A DNA stretch of 63,909 nucleotides, filler included, from Bigelowiella natans CCMP2755 (Eukaryota; Protista; Cercozoa): the NCBI GenBank assembly GCA_000320545.1. It is 8 parts of 8 records of this genome, joined end to end, with 100 filler letters (N's around TTAATTAATTAA, not from the genome) between each part and the next. Parts side by side here need not be neighbours in the genome. Positions count along the whole stretch, not along the records: positions 1 to 11,263 come from ADNK01003528.1; positions 11,364 to 30,079 come from ADNK01001443.1; 6 more parts are not named here. One strand, given 5' to 3'. Shown here one piece after another: positions 1-12,997 of the stretch; the stretch's first letter is position 1, and each line of letters opens with the position of its first letter. Under the pieces are notes generated by a model, which was given only the letters and a program-made list of their open reading frames with translations, was not told the DNA's origin and did no database searches. The position numbers were made by a program, and so were the translations under genes.

Positions 1-85
1 GGGAGGGGGGGATGAGAAGGATGTCTGTGAGCTGCTTCAAAGCGTGCAGTATCATGTTCGTGAGTGATGATGGACTAGGGCACTG

Positions 86-156
<71 letters not shown>

Positions 157-1660
157 AGGAGGAGGAAGTAGACAGCAAGCAAGGGAGGGATAAATACATA
201 TGATCACGACATGTGCGCGCCCACCTCCCATTGAACTCAATATCCTGTCGTTTCGGACGCAAGATTTGGCACAGAACCTGTACGACAAAGACCGCGACAA
301 CGACGGTAGCAGTAGTAGAAGATTGACGATTAACATAAGGCATGATGCACTTCACTTTCAGCTCCTCCTCCTTCCTCTCCCTCTTCCTCTTTCTCTTCCC
401 CCCCCCCTCCCACACCGCCCTGCCTTGCTCGCTTGTCAAAGAAGCGAGCGGGGAAAAAGCAATCAGCGCAGACTTGTGCCGCAACACCTTGAGAAGCGTG
501 CTCTTGCCGCTGCGATTTCTCCCGACGATAAGATACGTTTTGCCCTTCTCAATCTCGAGGGCGGGGAACTCCGGTGTGATCCTCAGCTCGTCCTTTTCTT
601 CTTCTCCACCACTGCCGTCGTAGCAGCTGTGGTTGGTATCGACGAAGCCTGTCTCCGCCTTCCGCCCCCGACTGCTTATCATGGCTGCTGCTGCTGCTTC
701 CGAGGCGGGGGCCTTCCCCTCTGCGTCGTGGGCGGGGTAGGTATAGCCTGCACCATCACTTTTGTTTTCATCATCATCATCATCATCGTCGTCGTCGTCG
801 TCGTTACTCATATGCGCCCAGGGGCTTGCTAGAGGGTCTCCTCCTCGATCCTTCGAGCTCCATTCCTTCTCATCGCCACCGTCGTTCTCCTCCCCGTCGT
901 CATCATCAGCAGCAGCGGCGCTTTCCCTTATGCTGGGGGGGGGGGAGGATAGTCTATCGTGCGGCTCTTCAGCAGGGCTTCCAGCTCCGCCCCCGCCCCC
1001 GCCCGCCCCCTCCTTAGCGTAGTTGAAGCTCACCGCGCGTATCGTGATCTTGCTGAAAACTTCGGGGCTCTCCTTAACGGCCTCTGCAATGCTACTCTCG
1101 TTGGAGAACATCTCCAGGTCAAGCAGCTGCGTGACCCTGATGGGAGGGGGGGAAATGTGCGTGGAGACAGCAAGGCGGGGGTGAGGGGGGGAACCGAAAA
1201 GAAGATTTATGGAAGAAAAAAGGGGGGGGGAGGCCTCAGAAGGGAAGGGAGACCGATCGCAAGACATGCCCGTCTCCCGACAACATACGAGCTGATACGC
1301 TTGTTGATTGACGGCTCTATGGCAGCACCGCTACTACTACAACAACAACAACTACTACTACTACTACTAATAATAATAATATTAATAATTACTCTTCTTC
1401 TTCTTCTTTTTCTATTACTAACAGCGCTCACCGGTATTGAGCATCCATGACTGATACCGCGCGTTTGATCTGCCTCCATAACCTGAACGATGGTAATGAT
1501 AATAGTGATTAATGAGGAGAATAGAGCAGTTGTTGTTGTTGTTGTTGGTGGTGGTGGCGGTGCTGCTGCTGCTGCTGCACAACACGGGATATTCTCCCAT
1601 TTATAACGAAGGACGAAAGTACGTGCTATCACTTTATGCATGTTAAATACCCAATAACAC

Positions 1661-1693
<33 letters not shown>

Positions 1694-2035
1694 GCCTCCA
1701 GCCATGACAACGTGAAGGATTTCATTGCGGATATTCGTAAAAATCTGCAGCAAACACAACAGCGACAAGAAGCATGGTAATTTTGTTCCGATGGACGTTG
1801 TGAGCTGATGGATTTCTTGAGAAATCGCCGCGCGCGCGCGTATGTGTGTGGCATCAGCGTGTGAGAAAGAGAGGGTCGGAACAGAGACAATTCTCACACA
1901 TCAATCGCATCTCACCTCATGTGTTATTCCGCGCGTCCTCATGACCCAATGAGCCACGTAGGTCTCGGTTATCTGAAGAAGCCCACGCAAATCAATCATT
2001 TCTGCCATTGCAGCACTTCCCTCCACCACCACCAC

Positions 2036-2081
<46 letters not shown>

Positions 2082-2574
2082 GCACGTGAGCAAAGTGGGA
2101 GCGCAATCATTTCTCTCGATGTGCATCAGCGTACTCTCGATAAAACCCCCTCAACCATCGTCTCTCTTTTCTCAATCGCAGTTGGGCCTTACAAAATCGA
2201 TCAAGGCCTTGTTGTCGATCGTTTCGTAGACCATATTGAGGTACTTGACCGTCCCTGCAATGAAGGATCACAGGACGGGCGGGAAGGAGGGGAAGGGGGG
2301 AGGGGGGGGGGACTTTAGAGCCAAACAGAAATAACTACTCGCTGCTACCTCGACATGCATGATCATAAGCGCGGTGCCACACCGAGAAATACGTTATTAG
2401 AGAATATATCACCATGTCTGCCCTCGACTTCTTGAGACATCAACTTATCGAGCACCTTCAATTGATATCCCTGGATGTTATTCACCTGAAGAAGAAGATG
2501 CGACGAGCGGGGAGGCAGGGGGGAGGACCAGTGCACGACCGTTTATCATTTCAAATGGACCAATATGTATTACA

Positions 2575-2651
<77 letters not shown>

Positions 2652-2991
2652 TTTTCCTTTTCCTGAAAATAAATAGAAAATAGACCTGGACATCTGAGAG
2701 GCCTTCGCACATATTCGAGATAGCTTTGCTCATGCGCAATCTATTCCGCATCCGCAATTGTTCCTGCGGTAACATCACGAAAGATACATGATTGAGTACA
2801 CGCACAGCGGCAAATGAGCGTGGCGCGCGTGCAAGGTGACGATGCACCCTCACACCTGCCGATCTTCTATAAAACGCCATCTTGCGAGATTTATTGCCTC
2901 CAGGACAGCATTGAGAGCAAAAGGCCGTCCAAGAGCGACCTGCGATGATGGGTAGGAGGGCGTTCAACATGAGTCAACGCGGGATTGAATA

Positions 2992-3047
<56 letters not shown>

Positions 3048-4045
3048 GACATACACCATCGGTAGGAAATTAATAATCGGACAATGCCCAATTTTCTACA
3101 CGCGACCAAGTCGATCTTTTCCCGCTGGACGTAGAGCTCGTAGGTCTCCCTCAGAAGCTCCGCGACGCCTCGAATAATGCTTGGAATCGTCACCTGTCAT
3201 CAAGCATTTTCGGTAAGATATTTCGGGGAGCGCTCCACAACATTGGAGAGTTCACTTGCTAGGTCACCTCAAACAGTACAACGGTGTCGCTGACATCACG
3301 GAAGACGTGCTCCTCCATATCTTCGGGCCGGACAGTCTCTCTGTTTCATGCACAGGGAATTGGGGTGGGGGGCGGGGGCGGGGGTATTGAGTATTTTTGT
3401 GCGCACTTATGATGTGCTACGACCCCTATATTACCCGAAAACAGTCTCATATCGCCTCTGCACAGCTCCAATCTGAATTGAGATGGGAAAGCAACGTCTT
3501 TAGGCGGTTGTTCAATAATACATTAGCACACTTCAACATCGGAGAAATATGACCTCTGAAAAGAGGATCTTCTCCATCACCAGCCGCCGCGTGAGAAGCT
3601 GGGATTCCAAATGGTTCCTGTTCCTGATTAGCTCTAGGAGGTTGTGAAGCACCGCATACAGCACCGTCATCCCCATCATCTCAAGTATGCGCGATTTGTG
3701 GAGGCCGCGGCCCAGCACCAGATCGTGCTCAATCCCTGTCTTCGTCAGTCTCAGTTGCTTGGAGATCCTTCGCACGCTGAAATACCAGGGGAGGAGCTCC
3801 GTGATCAGGGGCATGACATAGTTCGTGAGCACGTTGAGCGCCAGGAGCTTCTTATTCCGCCGGAACATGTACACATAAAACTGGACAATGGGAGCAGTTT
3901 GCCCCCATTTCACCATCCGGAAGGTGGCGGCCCTAAGAACTTTAACTAAGTCCTTGCCCGCATCTTTGCGCTCCCCCATCGCCCCATCCTCAGCTAGGAT
4001 GTGATCGGGCCCCGAGTCGGGGGGAGGCGGCTCCTCCTCCTCCAT
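1..4045 (-). CDS. ABC transporter (membrane region plus nucleotide-binding domain), multi-exon, 3' end not resolved
   Basis: Minus-strand exon at ~468-610 reads ELRITPEFPALEIEKGKTYLIVGRNRSGKSTLLK (Walker A), spliced to VLCQILRPKRQDIEFNG (~229-281). The first exon (ORF 3533..4168, likely ATG 4045, MEEEEPPP) has hydrophobic helices. Intervening exon boundaries were not fully resolved. Confidence 0.75.
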
Positions 4046-4485
4046 CTGGTTGGTATCCTTCGTTCGGGTTGTGTCTTTCGAGATGTCGGTCCTTCTCACG
4101 TTCACAGCCTGCGCGAATGGAGGGAAAAGGCAATTATTCAACCCAAATATATCTAATGCGTCATTCACTCCTTTTCCCTTTTGTACACTAACAAAATTTC
4201 ATGTTGAAAATGAGAAATTCCATGTAAAGGTAGATGTTTTTCGCACATAAAAAGTTCAGGTAAGTAATCACCAACTTTTCGCGCCCATTTTACCAGCCCT
4301 AACTCTAATGTCGAAAGGATCAAGATTTACACTCTTCTAAATGAAATTTTAAAGCCCGAGAATACTGAAATTGTATTACGATTTTTCGATGTCGTAGATG
4401 GAATATTGTCATGTTTTTCTTTGCATTTTTGATTATTATTAAGGATTGAAATAGCTTAACTTCGGATTCTCCGCTTCCGACTGGC

Positions 4486-5653
4486 ATGCTCCCGGCCCTC
4501 TTGCTCGCCTCAGCTGCAGCCATGCTCGTAACGGCTTGGCCAGGAATGGGTGGGCGCTTTGGAGATGGGCAATGTCCTTCGCTAGCTGGAAGAGAATCGC
4601 GAATTGGTTTCGGCCCTTTTAAATCTCGTGAGTGTTGGAAAACTTATCGGGCTGTTTGTGTGTACTCGAAGGTCCCACATGCACGGTCGGGGCGCATGGA
4701 TGGTACACCCAAATGAATTCAATCGGCGCGATGCTGGCTTACTGAAATTCTGTGGAGTAGGTTTCCAGAGCTTGGCCCATGTCCAAACATGATACAGCCT
4801 GATGCCCCAATGAATGCCACAAAGAAGGTAGTTTGTGCGTGCATTCATTCCGCATTTCGGTCTGGGTTGCGTCTCATACCCGCATGCGCACTTGTGCGTA
4901 ACCTTCTTCGCTCCCCGCCCCAATAGCATTTATGGCCGAATTCTTTTACCGTGGAGTGGACGTTCCAATTTGTTGCTGACGACAATGACGCCCCTAGCCC
5001 TTCTGGAAAATATACACCTAGTACTCCTTTCAACATTACCAAAGGAAGGTCATTTTTATAGATAAAAGAATTGTCAACCGTTTGCCAATGTCTGATTTTC
5101 CCAATGGGTTCGCAGAACTGTATACGACTCTCGTCAGGGGAGCGGCCAGCCTCGTTTGATGACTGAAATATATGATTCGTACTGCATCCCGGTGTTTGGC
5201 GACCCTGCATCTCCAATGGGGGCCAGGAACGACTTCGGGTGCCAGTTTTTGAATATAAACAACACGGCCTACGTGATTTCCTGGAAGTCAAATGACAAGA
5301 AAAGCCCCCCCCCGGCCGGGATTCCAAATTGTTGCATAATAGGCCAGCCTTTCCATCCCCCGCCCCTAAATTTTTCGCACAGAATGCCTGTGAATTGGAA
5401 CGCCCGTGTCGAAGGCGGACTTTCTGTAGACTGGAGTGCCGTTCACGATAAAGATGCTGGGATATTCGCGTATGGGTTTGAAGCTGAGTCTTCAGTTCCG
5501 CACGCCTTTTACATGAAGGGGGTTCCTTGGATCGCGAATTGGATGTATCAGCGATTCTTTGATTTCAAGCCTAATGCAAGCATTCCGGAGGATTTTTGGA
5601 CCGTACCAGAATCTTGTAATTTAGCTAAGGCTTGTCCAGGATGGTCACCATAG
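4486..5653 (+). CDS. Secreted Cys-containing protein, possibly of LolA/ependymin-related fold, multi-exon
   Basis: Signal peptide MLPALLLASAAAMLVTAWP; spliced HLWPNSFTVEWTF...NITKGR; last exon has CCIIG..PPPLNF and ends IPEDFWTVPESCNLAKACPGWSP*. The fold assignment is by resemblance only. Confidence 0.5.
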
Positions 5654-6219
5654 AGCGCCAAGACGAACACAAGCTCTTCATTTTCGTTCATTGCGCAGCG
5701 ACACGACTTAGCTGCAAACTGCGATTGGGGATAACGTATATTTGCATTCTCCGGCTATCACGCTTGTGCAAAATAGTATTTAGTGTGCGCACATGATATC
5801 TAGCTAGATGTTATTACTATCACTGCATAATGGCTACGTGCGCCTGCGACAAACATGTGGGGCAGAAAGGGCATGCGAGCTGCTGAGTCGGCTATTACCA
5901 TGTACGACACCAGATGATGCATGAAATGAATAACCCGTATTATCACGCTGCTCATATATGCGCTGTTAAAAATGTCAAGATGTATGGATCGTAGTTGGCG
6001 TAGCTGTTAAGTAAGCCTAGTTAGCGGCTGGATGCTTGTTCCAATAAAGAACACAATCTAGCAATGCCCGATGAACTTGTGCCCATCGATTGCTAGGCAC
6101 ATGATAAATAGTCGACGTCGATTGACATACGGAAACGTCAACACGACTATGTTCTCTTAAGATTATTTTGAATTAATTGGTAAGAATGGCAGGGAAATGA
6201 GAATAATCCGGGCTCTCGA

Positions 6220-7410
6220 TCAGAGTTCATCGTGAGCAGGCTCTCGGTTCAGCTCTGTCTCGATCTTCTTCCTTACTTCTTCTGAAAGAAGATCCGTGCC
6301 TGGAAAATTGTTTTGAGGATGTCACAGGAATTCGTGTTCTCGTCAAAGAATTAACACACCCGTTTTGAAGCGCTGGGCCACATGTCCGTCCTTCCCGACG
6401 AGAAAATACTCGAAATTCCATCGAATATCTCCACCAAATTGAAAGAGAGGTCGACACTGGTCGCAGCTTAAATATAAAAAGAAAGGCTGAGCACAAGAAC
6501 GATGAAGTTCGCGAAGCAAATCGTACCTGCGCTGGCAGCGGACAAGCATATATTCTGGATTCTTCGTGCATTCGCCCATGTCCGCCCATTCTGGCAAAAA
6601 AAAAAATATGCCATGAAAATACGCTTCATTCACATCGAAAGTATCTTCGCGACCTGGGCAGTTTGCGTTTTCATCTTGGCACGGGTCAGCACCCATTTTG
6701 TGCTCTCCTTTGAGGAGACGATACAGCTCGTGGGTATTAGGCCCGTTAACATTGATTTTCTGCCGATATTGAACACAAGGGTTGATGTTCTTAGAGTACT
6801 GTCATCTTTTCCAACAGGGGGGGGAGGGGGGGGGGGGTAAGAACCTCGAATATTTCGAATTCAGCTCCCTTCTCGTTGGCAAAGTCCATGATTTCTTTCT
6901 TCCCCCCTGAGGCTCAATATAATCAGATGTGGAAACAAAGACTGAGCAGTAAGCTGCTACCGGGTTCCTGCCCTCCAAACTGGTTGCATGGAAATCCAAG
7001 GATCCTTAAGCCTTGATCATTGTATTCCTTGTGCAGACTGTTCAGCTAAGCGTAGGATGATGCAAAATTCGGCGAAGACATAGATCAACGAAATGCGTTG
7101 GATTAATCGCTCAGGAGACTCGTGGGGTTTGATAAGCAATCGAACAGAGAACAACTGGCAATGGCACCTGCTTGTATCCCATGTCGGTGTACCCGCACTG
7201 AGACGCAAGGTTCGCAATTAGGAGGACGGAGCCTTTATACTTTCTGAATTCCACCATTTTCCCGTCCAGGGTCCTCACGTGCGCATCGTAGATATCTGGG
7301 ATGTGATGGGCGCGTGGCTCAGGTTCTGTGGACTCATGTCGGATCGTCGTCGCGCGTGTTAAGGCTACTGCAAACGCCACGAGGAGGGCGACGGCAGAGT
7401 GGGGTTTCAT
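6220..7410 (-). CDS. ER-luminal Cys-type glutathione peroxidase (GPx7/8-like) with an internal ShKT domain and C-terminal HDEL
   Basis: Signal peptide; [13 protein letters not shown]; [16 protein letters not shown]; [17 protein letters not shown]; [15 protein letters not shown]; last exon ends [11 protein letters not shown] (stop 6220-6222). Confidence 0.9.
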
Positions 7411-7945
7411 GGCTTCAGTGCTATCCTGGCCCTGGCGGCGAGTGGAATTATGATAAGATTTAGGAAATTTATTATCAGTAGAATATCCTATATTTCGAGG
7501 AATTTACGCACCGATCACTGGAAGATAATTCCCACTATCCTGCGTATCGGAAATACTCGACACAAACTTGTTCTAAATATCGATAGAACATCTGAAATAT
7601 TTCTATCTAAATCCGCACAGATTTTTCCCCGGCCGCGCCTCGCCCGGCGACGATCAGATACGAGCACGAAAGAAGATGCGAGATACTATTTATGCGAGCC
7701 AAATCAGTCCATTTTGATAGTAAATGGCATGGTTATGTCAGGTGCGACAACAGCATATTTTTCCGTCAAGTATAAATAGAACAGTGGCCCTCCCCGAAAC
7801 AGCGGTCCTTCTGCACCCAGCTAGCACTCAGCCGTTGGGAAGGGGAGAGAGTTCTCCCACGCACGGATCGGGAGGTAGCCGGTGTCTTTGATACATAGCG
7901 GGCATGTGATAATGAAGATACGTCTCAATTTCAGGCGAAATATTC

Positions 7946-8327
7946 TCACAAAGAGAAAAGACGTGGGGATAAAGAAGCATGGGTGTCCGTGTCAGTGTCG
8001 TAAATGACACCGAAAGTCCGGTCTCCGGTCAGGACAGCATCCTTGTCAGCCCAAGTGGGTTTTAGAGACAGTTGTTTGTGTGTTTGTACCTGTTAGGCTG
8101 CATGAAGATGCTAGGCGGAGCCAAAGTCCTCGGATGGGGATTTGAGCTGTAAGCAAGCGCTAAGACACATTCTCACTGGTTGTTTTCTCGGGTGACTAAT
8201 ATTTGTGAAACACCTGTGCTACACGTAGTTCTCCGAAGGGTCAACAAGGCGATAGGTTCGAGAAAAAGGTCGAGGATTCGTGCAGCAAATCACAGAGAAT
8301 ACTCTAATAGGAAATTTCCACATCTCC

Positions 8328-8365
<38 letters not shown>

Positions 8366-9865
8366 GCGCGTACTGTTCACACTGATCTCCGCCAGCAACT
8401 TTTGTTATTGTTAGGATGGAGGCCTGCTCAAAGGCGCGCCATATATCTGCAGAATAAAAATAGACCTTGATGGCGACGGGATGGAAGACAAGGTGTCCTT
8501 AGTGATAACGAAAAACAAAAAAGTCAAGGAGCATTGACGCCTATCCTTTCGCAATCGCTGCTGTAGCAGCACCCTGGAATAATATTTGGGTTGAAACATG
8601 CAACATACACATCGCACCGTGCTACACACAGGTGGAGTTCCGCTTCACAGCTACTAGCCAAGTGACGCTGCTCGTGTCTGAGATGCTCAAGTAAGGCACA
8701 ATCTCACTCCCCACCTGTAGCTCTCCCCAGCAAGCTTTTCGAACTCAGAACTGAGTCTCAAGGAAATTGCTACCGCTACTGCTACTACTACTGCTACTAC
8801 TGCTGCTGCTGCTGTGCTTCGATGCCTGCTATGTAGGAGCGGCGAAAATACTCGACTCACAGGAGGAGAGATTACGCTGGTGGAGACTGTGAATTGCAGC
8901 CTGAGGAGGAAGGGTAAATTGACCGTCATCCTTGCGAGGGAACATTCAACAACTCAATGCCTACTATGCTAATACATAACGTCACATGGGGTGAGCGAGT
9001 CTTTGCCATAAACGCCGTGGTGGCGCCTCCATCATCTGTGTTACTCCGAGTGAATGCTTCGAACACAAAATAGGGTTCAGCTACCACACCGGAAAGCTGT
9101 ACATCCACACCGATCGGCTCCTCTTTGACGCAAATTTCTCGCGAAAAAGGTGAGCTGCGAAAGCATTTGAAAATTGTGTGAGGGTCGGTACAAAATGGTG
9201 AAGCGTTCCTAGCGAGGTCGCGGTTATTCTCAGAATAAACACCTTGCATCTTTGATGGCACGGTCACCCCCCTCCCCTCCCCCCCTCTTTCCCTCCCTTC
9301 TCATCCCCTTCCTGCAGGGACTTCGAGTTTTCCTTATCACAGATACACGCTGTGGCCAAGAGGTAGTAGTGGTAGTGTTAGCGGGGGTGCGATACGTTGT
9401 TTAGGAGGAGGAGGAGAGATAGCATTATTACAACATTTCCTCTCTAGTATCTAACCAACCAGCGTAAAATGCCCCTCCCCCCCGCCCATCCCTTGACAGG
9501 ACAAATCTCAAGATACCAAACGCCATCAAAATCAGCGTAAAGATGAGTAACGGGTCGCACAAGGTGCAGAAGGCTTCTAGTCCTCGCCCCCCTCCCCCCT
9601 GCCACCACGACGCAGCACGCAGCATGCAGATGCAAGGACGCTTCCTGATAACATTCTTTCACACCGTACTCTGCAGGAGTATTACTTCACTGGCTTCAGT
9701 GACCGAGATCGCGTCTTCGATACGATCGCGCGCGTAATGAGCGGGGGGCAGCATAAAGAGTTTACGGAGGTAAGTCCCGAAAAGATGCGTCTGTGGTTTG
9801 CCGCCTTGGCCGGTAGGCGAGGTGGTTGACGATGTGATGTTTCACGAAGCCGGAACTGTGCATGA

Positions 9866-9900
<35 letters not shown>

Positions 9901-10118
9901 TTATAGAGATGATAAACATTGATGAACCCCCACCTCCCCCCCCTTTTTTCATTGTGTGCGTACGATTTGATTTCTTGGCGACGGTATTCACTACGACACA
10001 AGGCCTCGGCTGCATCCAAAGCAACTTCAAGTGAGAGGGGGGGAAGGGGTTTGATTAGTGAAGGGCACTCGTTTGAGGGGATAGCTTGACAGATATAATG
10101 GGTTTTTTTCAAAGATAA

Positions 10119-10165
<47 letters not shown>

Positions 10166-10591
10166 GTATAATATGTCAAGAGAACGACACGTGTAAAGAT
10201 ACATTTTCTTCGATTACAGTCTTTTCACCATTGACATTCCCCCCCCCCCCCCCCCTCCTCTTTCCCGCCGCTGGGCTCCAAACTTACGATAGCTGGACAG
10301 CTCGGAGATCATTCTTCGGTACTACCAATGCAGCTTCGAGAGGCAGGAGGGCGGAGAGGCTGCGGCGGCGGGGGAGGGAGAGAAGTCCCCCAAGTGCGCG
10401 GGAACAATGTGAGTAGTACTTCGGAGATGTAAAGTAGTCTTGTAGATATATTTATGCTACCCTTGAAGACACCCGGGCCTCTTCTTCCATGTGATCTGTC
10501 TTTGCATCTTTGTTGGCTCTTTGTAGCATGAATCCTCATTAAACTTCCATCACGGAGATGGTTCGCATAGATAAATAAAGAAATAAAATAA

Positions 10592-10638
<47 letters not shown>

Positions 10639-11200
10639 GTGTGTGTGTAAGATCGACTCTGCGTGTTGGATCGATTAGGTACTTATCGCCGAACTTCGTG
10701 TGCTTTTACTGCACGGCCCTCACTGACAAGGTAGGCGCAATGATGATGCCTGGAATGCCGGCGGCGGTGACGCTGCTGCTCACTCACCAACATCACGCTC
10801 GAAAAGTGTATTAAAATAGATGATGATGCTTTCAAGATGATGACACCCGCCCTCCCCTCTCCCCCCCCGTTGTAATCGTTCATCATCATCATCATCATCA
10901 TCATTGCCATGATCATGCACAGATCAAAGGCACGGACATCGTGAATATAAAGCCTTCCGGCAAGAACCAGATCAGAATCACCGCTCCAGATGGTGATGAT
11001 GATGATGATGACGATGATGGTGATGGTGATGATGGTGATGATGGTGATGATGATGATGATGATGACGATGATGGTGGTGGTGATGGTGGTCTAGTGCCAT
11101 GTTGATCTGCGGATCGGGCATCGTAGAGAAGAAAGGCAGATAGAAATGAGCGAATTCAAAGATGCGCATGATGCCGCGTCCTTCAATTGGCTGAGAAGGA
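7946..11200 (-). CDS. Multi-exon gene of unknown function, 5' end lost in the gap
   Basis: Coding-like GC-richer segments between microsatellite introns (e.g. ORF 8926..9267; a likely last exon VQTHKQLSLKPTWADKDAVLTGDRTFGVIYDTDTDTHASLSPRLFSL*). No family recognised. Confidence 0.35.
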
Positions 11201-11263
11201 AAATCAGATTTTTTAACATCATTCTCGCCCTCCCCCCTCCTCCCCTCCTCCTCCTCCTCCTCC

Positions 11264-11363
11264 NNNNNNNNNNNNNNNNNNNNNNNNNNNNNNNNNNNNN
11301 NNNNNNNTTAATTAATTAANNNNNNNNNNNNNNNNNNNNNNNNNNNNNNNNNNNNNNNNNNNN
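11264..11363. other. Artificial contig linker (N run-TTAATTAATTAA-N run, 100 bp)
   Basis: The same six-frame-stop spacer recurs at 30080-30179, 45402-45501, 53330-53429, 54749-54848, 57237-57336 and 62332-62431. Confidence 0.97.
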
Positions 11364-12632
11364 ACTGCCTTTCTTTCTCTTTAACTTCTCGTAGTGTTCG
11401 TTGAGCTGCCTGATCGTCATCCTGGGTCGTCCTTCTTTCCTGTCTCTGCAGTCTTTAGCGGTGTGTTTCCCTTTACGTGAGCAGTATCCGCAACGTCGGT
11501 TACCTTCCCTGTCCTTGTACCAGTCTCGCTGCGGCTTAATAGCGTTAATGTTTCCTATGCCAGGTACCTTAGGGCTGGTAAACTTGCGGTCCTGCTCCTG
11601 CTCGCGTAGGGATATAGCCTGCACTGCTGCCTCCATCGTGGTGTAGCCTTTCTCCGTAACGTAAGTGGATTCCTTTATCTTTAACTTGAACTCTTCAAAC
11701 CTTGCCTGATCATCACCTGTGTTGTAATTAAAATCATGTAGTTCGTCGATCATATCCTGGAAGCGCGTGGCAAAGTCTCTAACAGGTTCTCTCTCATGCT
11801 GCATCATTGCTCTGTATTTTCTAATAGCCTGGGGTAGGGAGTTAGCATCCTGTTCATTTACAAAAGCCTTCATTATCGCCTCAACGTCTCGTAGCCCACT
11901 AACTGTAGTGTGTATTTTCTCTAGCTGCCTGATCCGGGTCCTGCCTGTCTCGTAAAGGTCCATGGCTTGCTTTATTATAGCTAGCCATTTGAGCTTGTCG
12001 TTTTCGGTGGGGTTAGGGGTAAAGTCGCAGAGTATACTCCTAGCGTTCTTCCACCACCTCCTTGCCTCACCTCTTTTCCCGTTGTATTTCGTTATCATAA
12101 CCGGTGCTGTTTTAACAGACATGAACTGGGTGTTCCGCTGTACCGGCTGCTGCTGCTTGACGGTGCTCTGGGTCGTCCCCCGCGAGGCGCCCAGACCCCC
12201 GTCGTTCCTAAACAAAGCTGCCCACTCTGGAGGTAAGTCTGCTTCGTAATCCATGATGTCCTGCATGATAGCTGCCCAAACATCATGTGTCTGATACTTG
12301 TATTCTATCGATACTTTCAGTTTGGCGTAGTTGCTCGCCCTGGGTCGCAAGGCTCGTAATGCCATTACGACCTTCTTGCTTTCGGCGGCCACGTCCTCGT
12401 CGTCCGCCTCGTAGAAGTTCTCCAGTGCCTCTGCTGCCGCCTCGTAGAAGTTCTCCAGTGCCTCTGCTGCTGCATCTGCTTTCTTAATCCCGGGTGCTGG
12501 TCCCGGCGGTGCCTGTGGAGGTGTTCCTCCTCCTTCCTTAGCGTCCGTATCGCCCTTCCTTTCCTGTTTCTGCTCGTGCCCTTGCACGGCCTGCGAGCCA
12601 AAGTCCTGCTGTTCTTCTAGCTGCTGTGACAT
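11364..12632 (-). CDS. gag: Retrotransposon Gag
   Basis: KYNGK...RRWW, a major-homology-like QHEREPVRDFATRF segment, and zinc knuckle CGYCSRKGKHTAKDC (CX2CX5HX4C). AAAEALENFYE is tandemly duplicated (33 bp). Confidence 0.88.
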
Positions 12633-12643
12633 TGTTAGTCAAA

Positions 12644-12666
12644 TCGTTTCCCGTGTGTGGAAGCCA
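12644..12666 (-). promoter_or_regulatory. Primer-binding site
   Basis: TGGCTTCCACACACGGGAAACGA starts 5 nt inside the 5' LTR. It begins with TGG (complement of tRNA CCA) and resembles the complement of a tRNA-Asp/Glu 3' end. Confidence 0.65.
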
Positions 12667-12671
12667 AAGGT

Positions 12672-12997
12672 TGTTGCGCGTAAGGTGTTCACAGGCCGAG
12701 GCGCTACGTGCACAAGTAGGCAGGGGGGGGGAAAGGCACGTTTGCTTCCTTTTGAAGAGTTGTGTTTATTTTTATTAAAGATTATATTTTTATTAAATCG
12801 TGCACTGCGTAATCATTCGCGAAGCTTTCGCGAATGCCGCCGCACGTGGGGCAGCACACTTCCGGTGTGCTGCCATGAGTCCCGCCGGAACCCACGTGCC
12901 TATGCTGTATTAATATCTACGTTATCTATATTCTATATCCGCGACAACCCCTTTGTTGTCGCACGTGACTTGTGCCCGCGTAGTGGTACGCGCTACA
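12672..12997 (-). repeat. 5' LTR (326 bp)
   Basis: TGTAGCGCGTA...TACGCGCAACA, a 10/11 terminal inverted repeat; matches 48233-48558. Confidence 0.95.

Larger units (their letters stand above)
11364..12997 (-). mobile_element. Ty3/Gypsy LTR retrotransposon, 5' part (LTR, PBS, gag), truncated by the gap
   Basis: A TG...CA LTR at 12672-12997 is the reverse complement of 48233-48558. It is followed by a TGG-initiated PBS and an intronless gag ORF. Confidence 0.92.

Noticed and set aside
6220-7410. Selenocysteine GPx with a SECIS element
   Set aside because: The active-site codon is TGC (Cys, SQCG), not TGA.
11264-11363. Recurrent TTAATTAATTAA flanked by Ns as a biological repeat
   Set aside because: It is the same 100-bp construct at all seven gaps, an artificial six-frame-stop linker.
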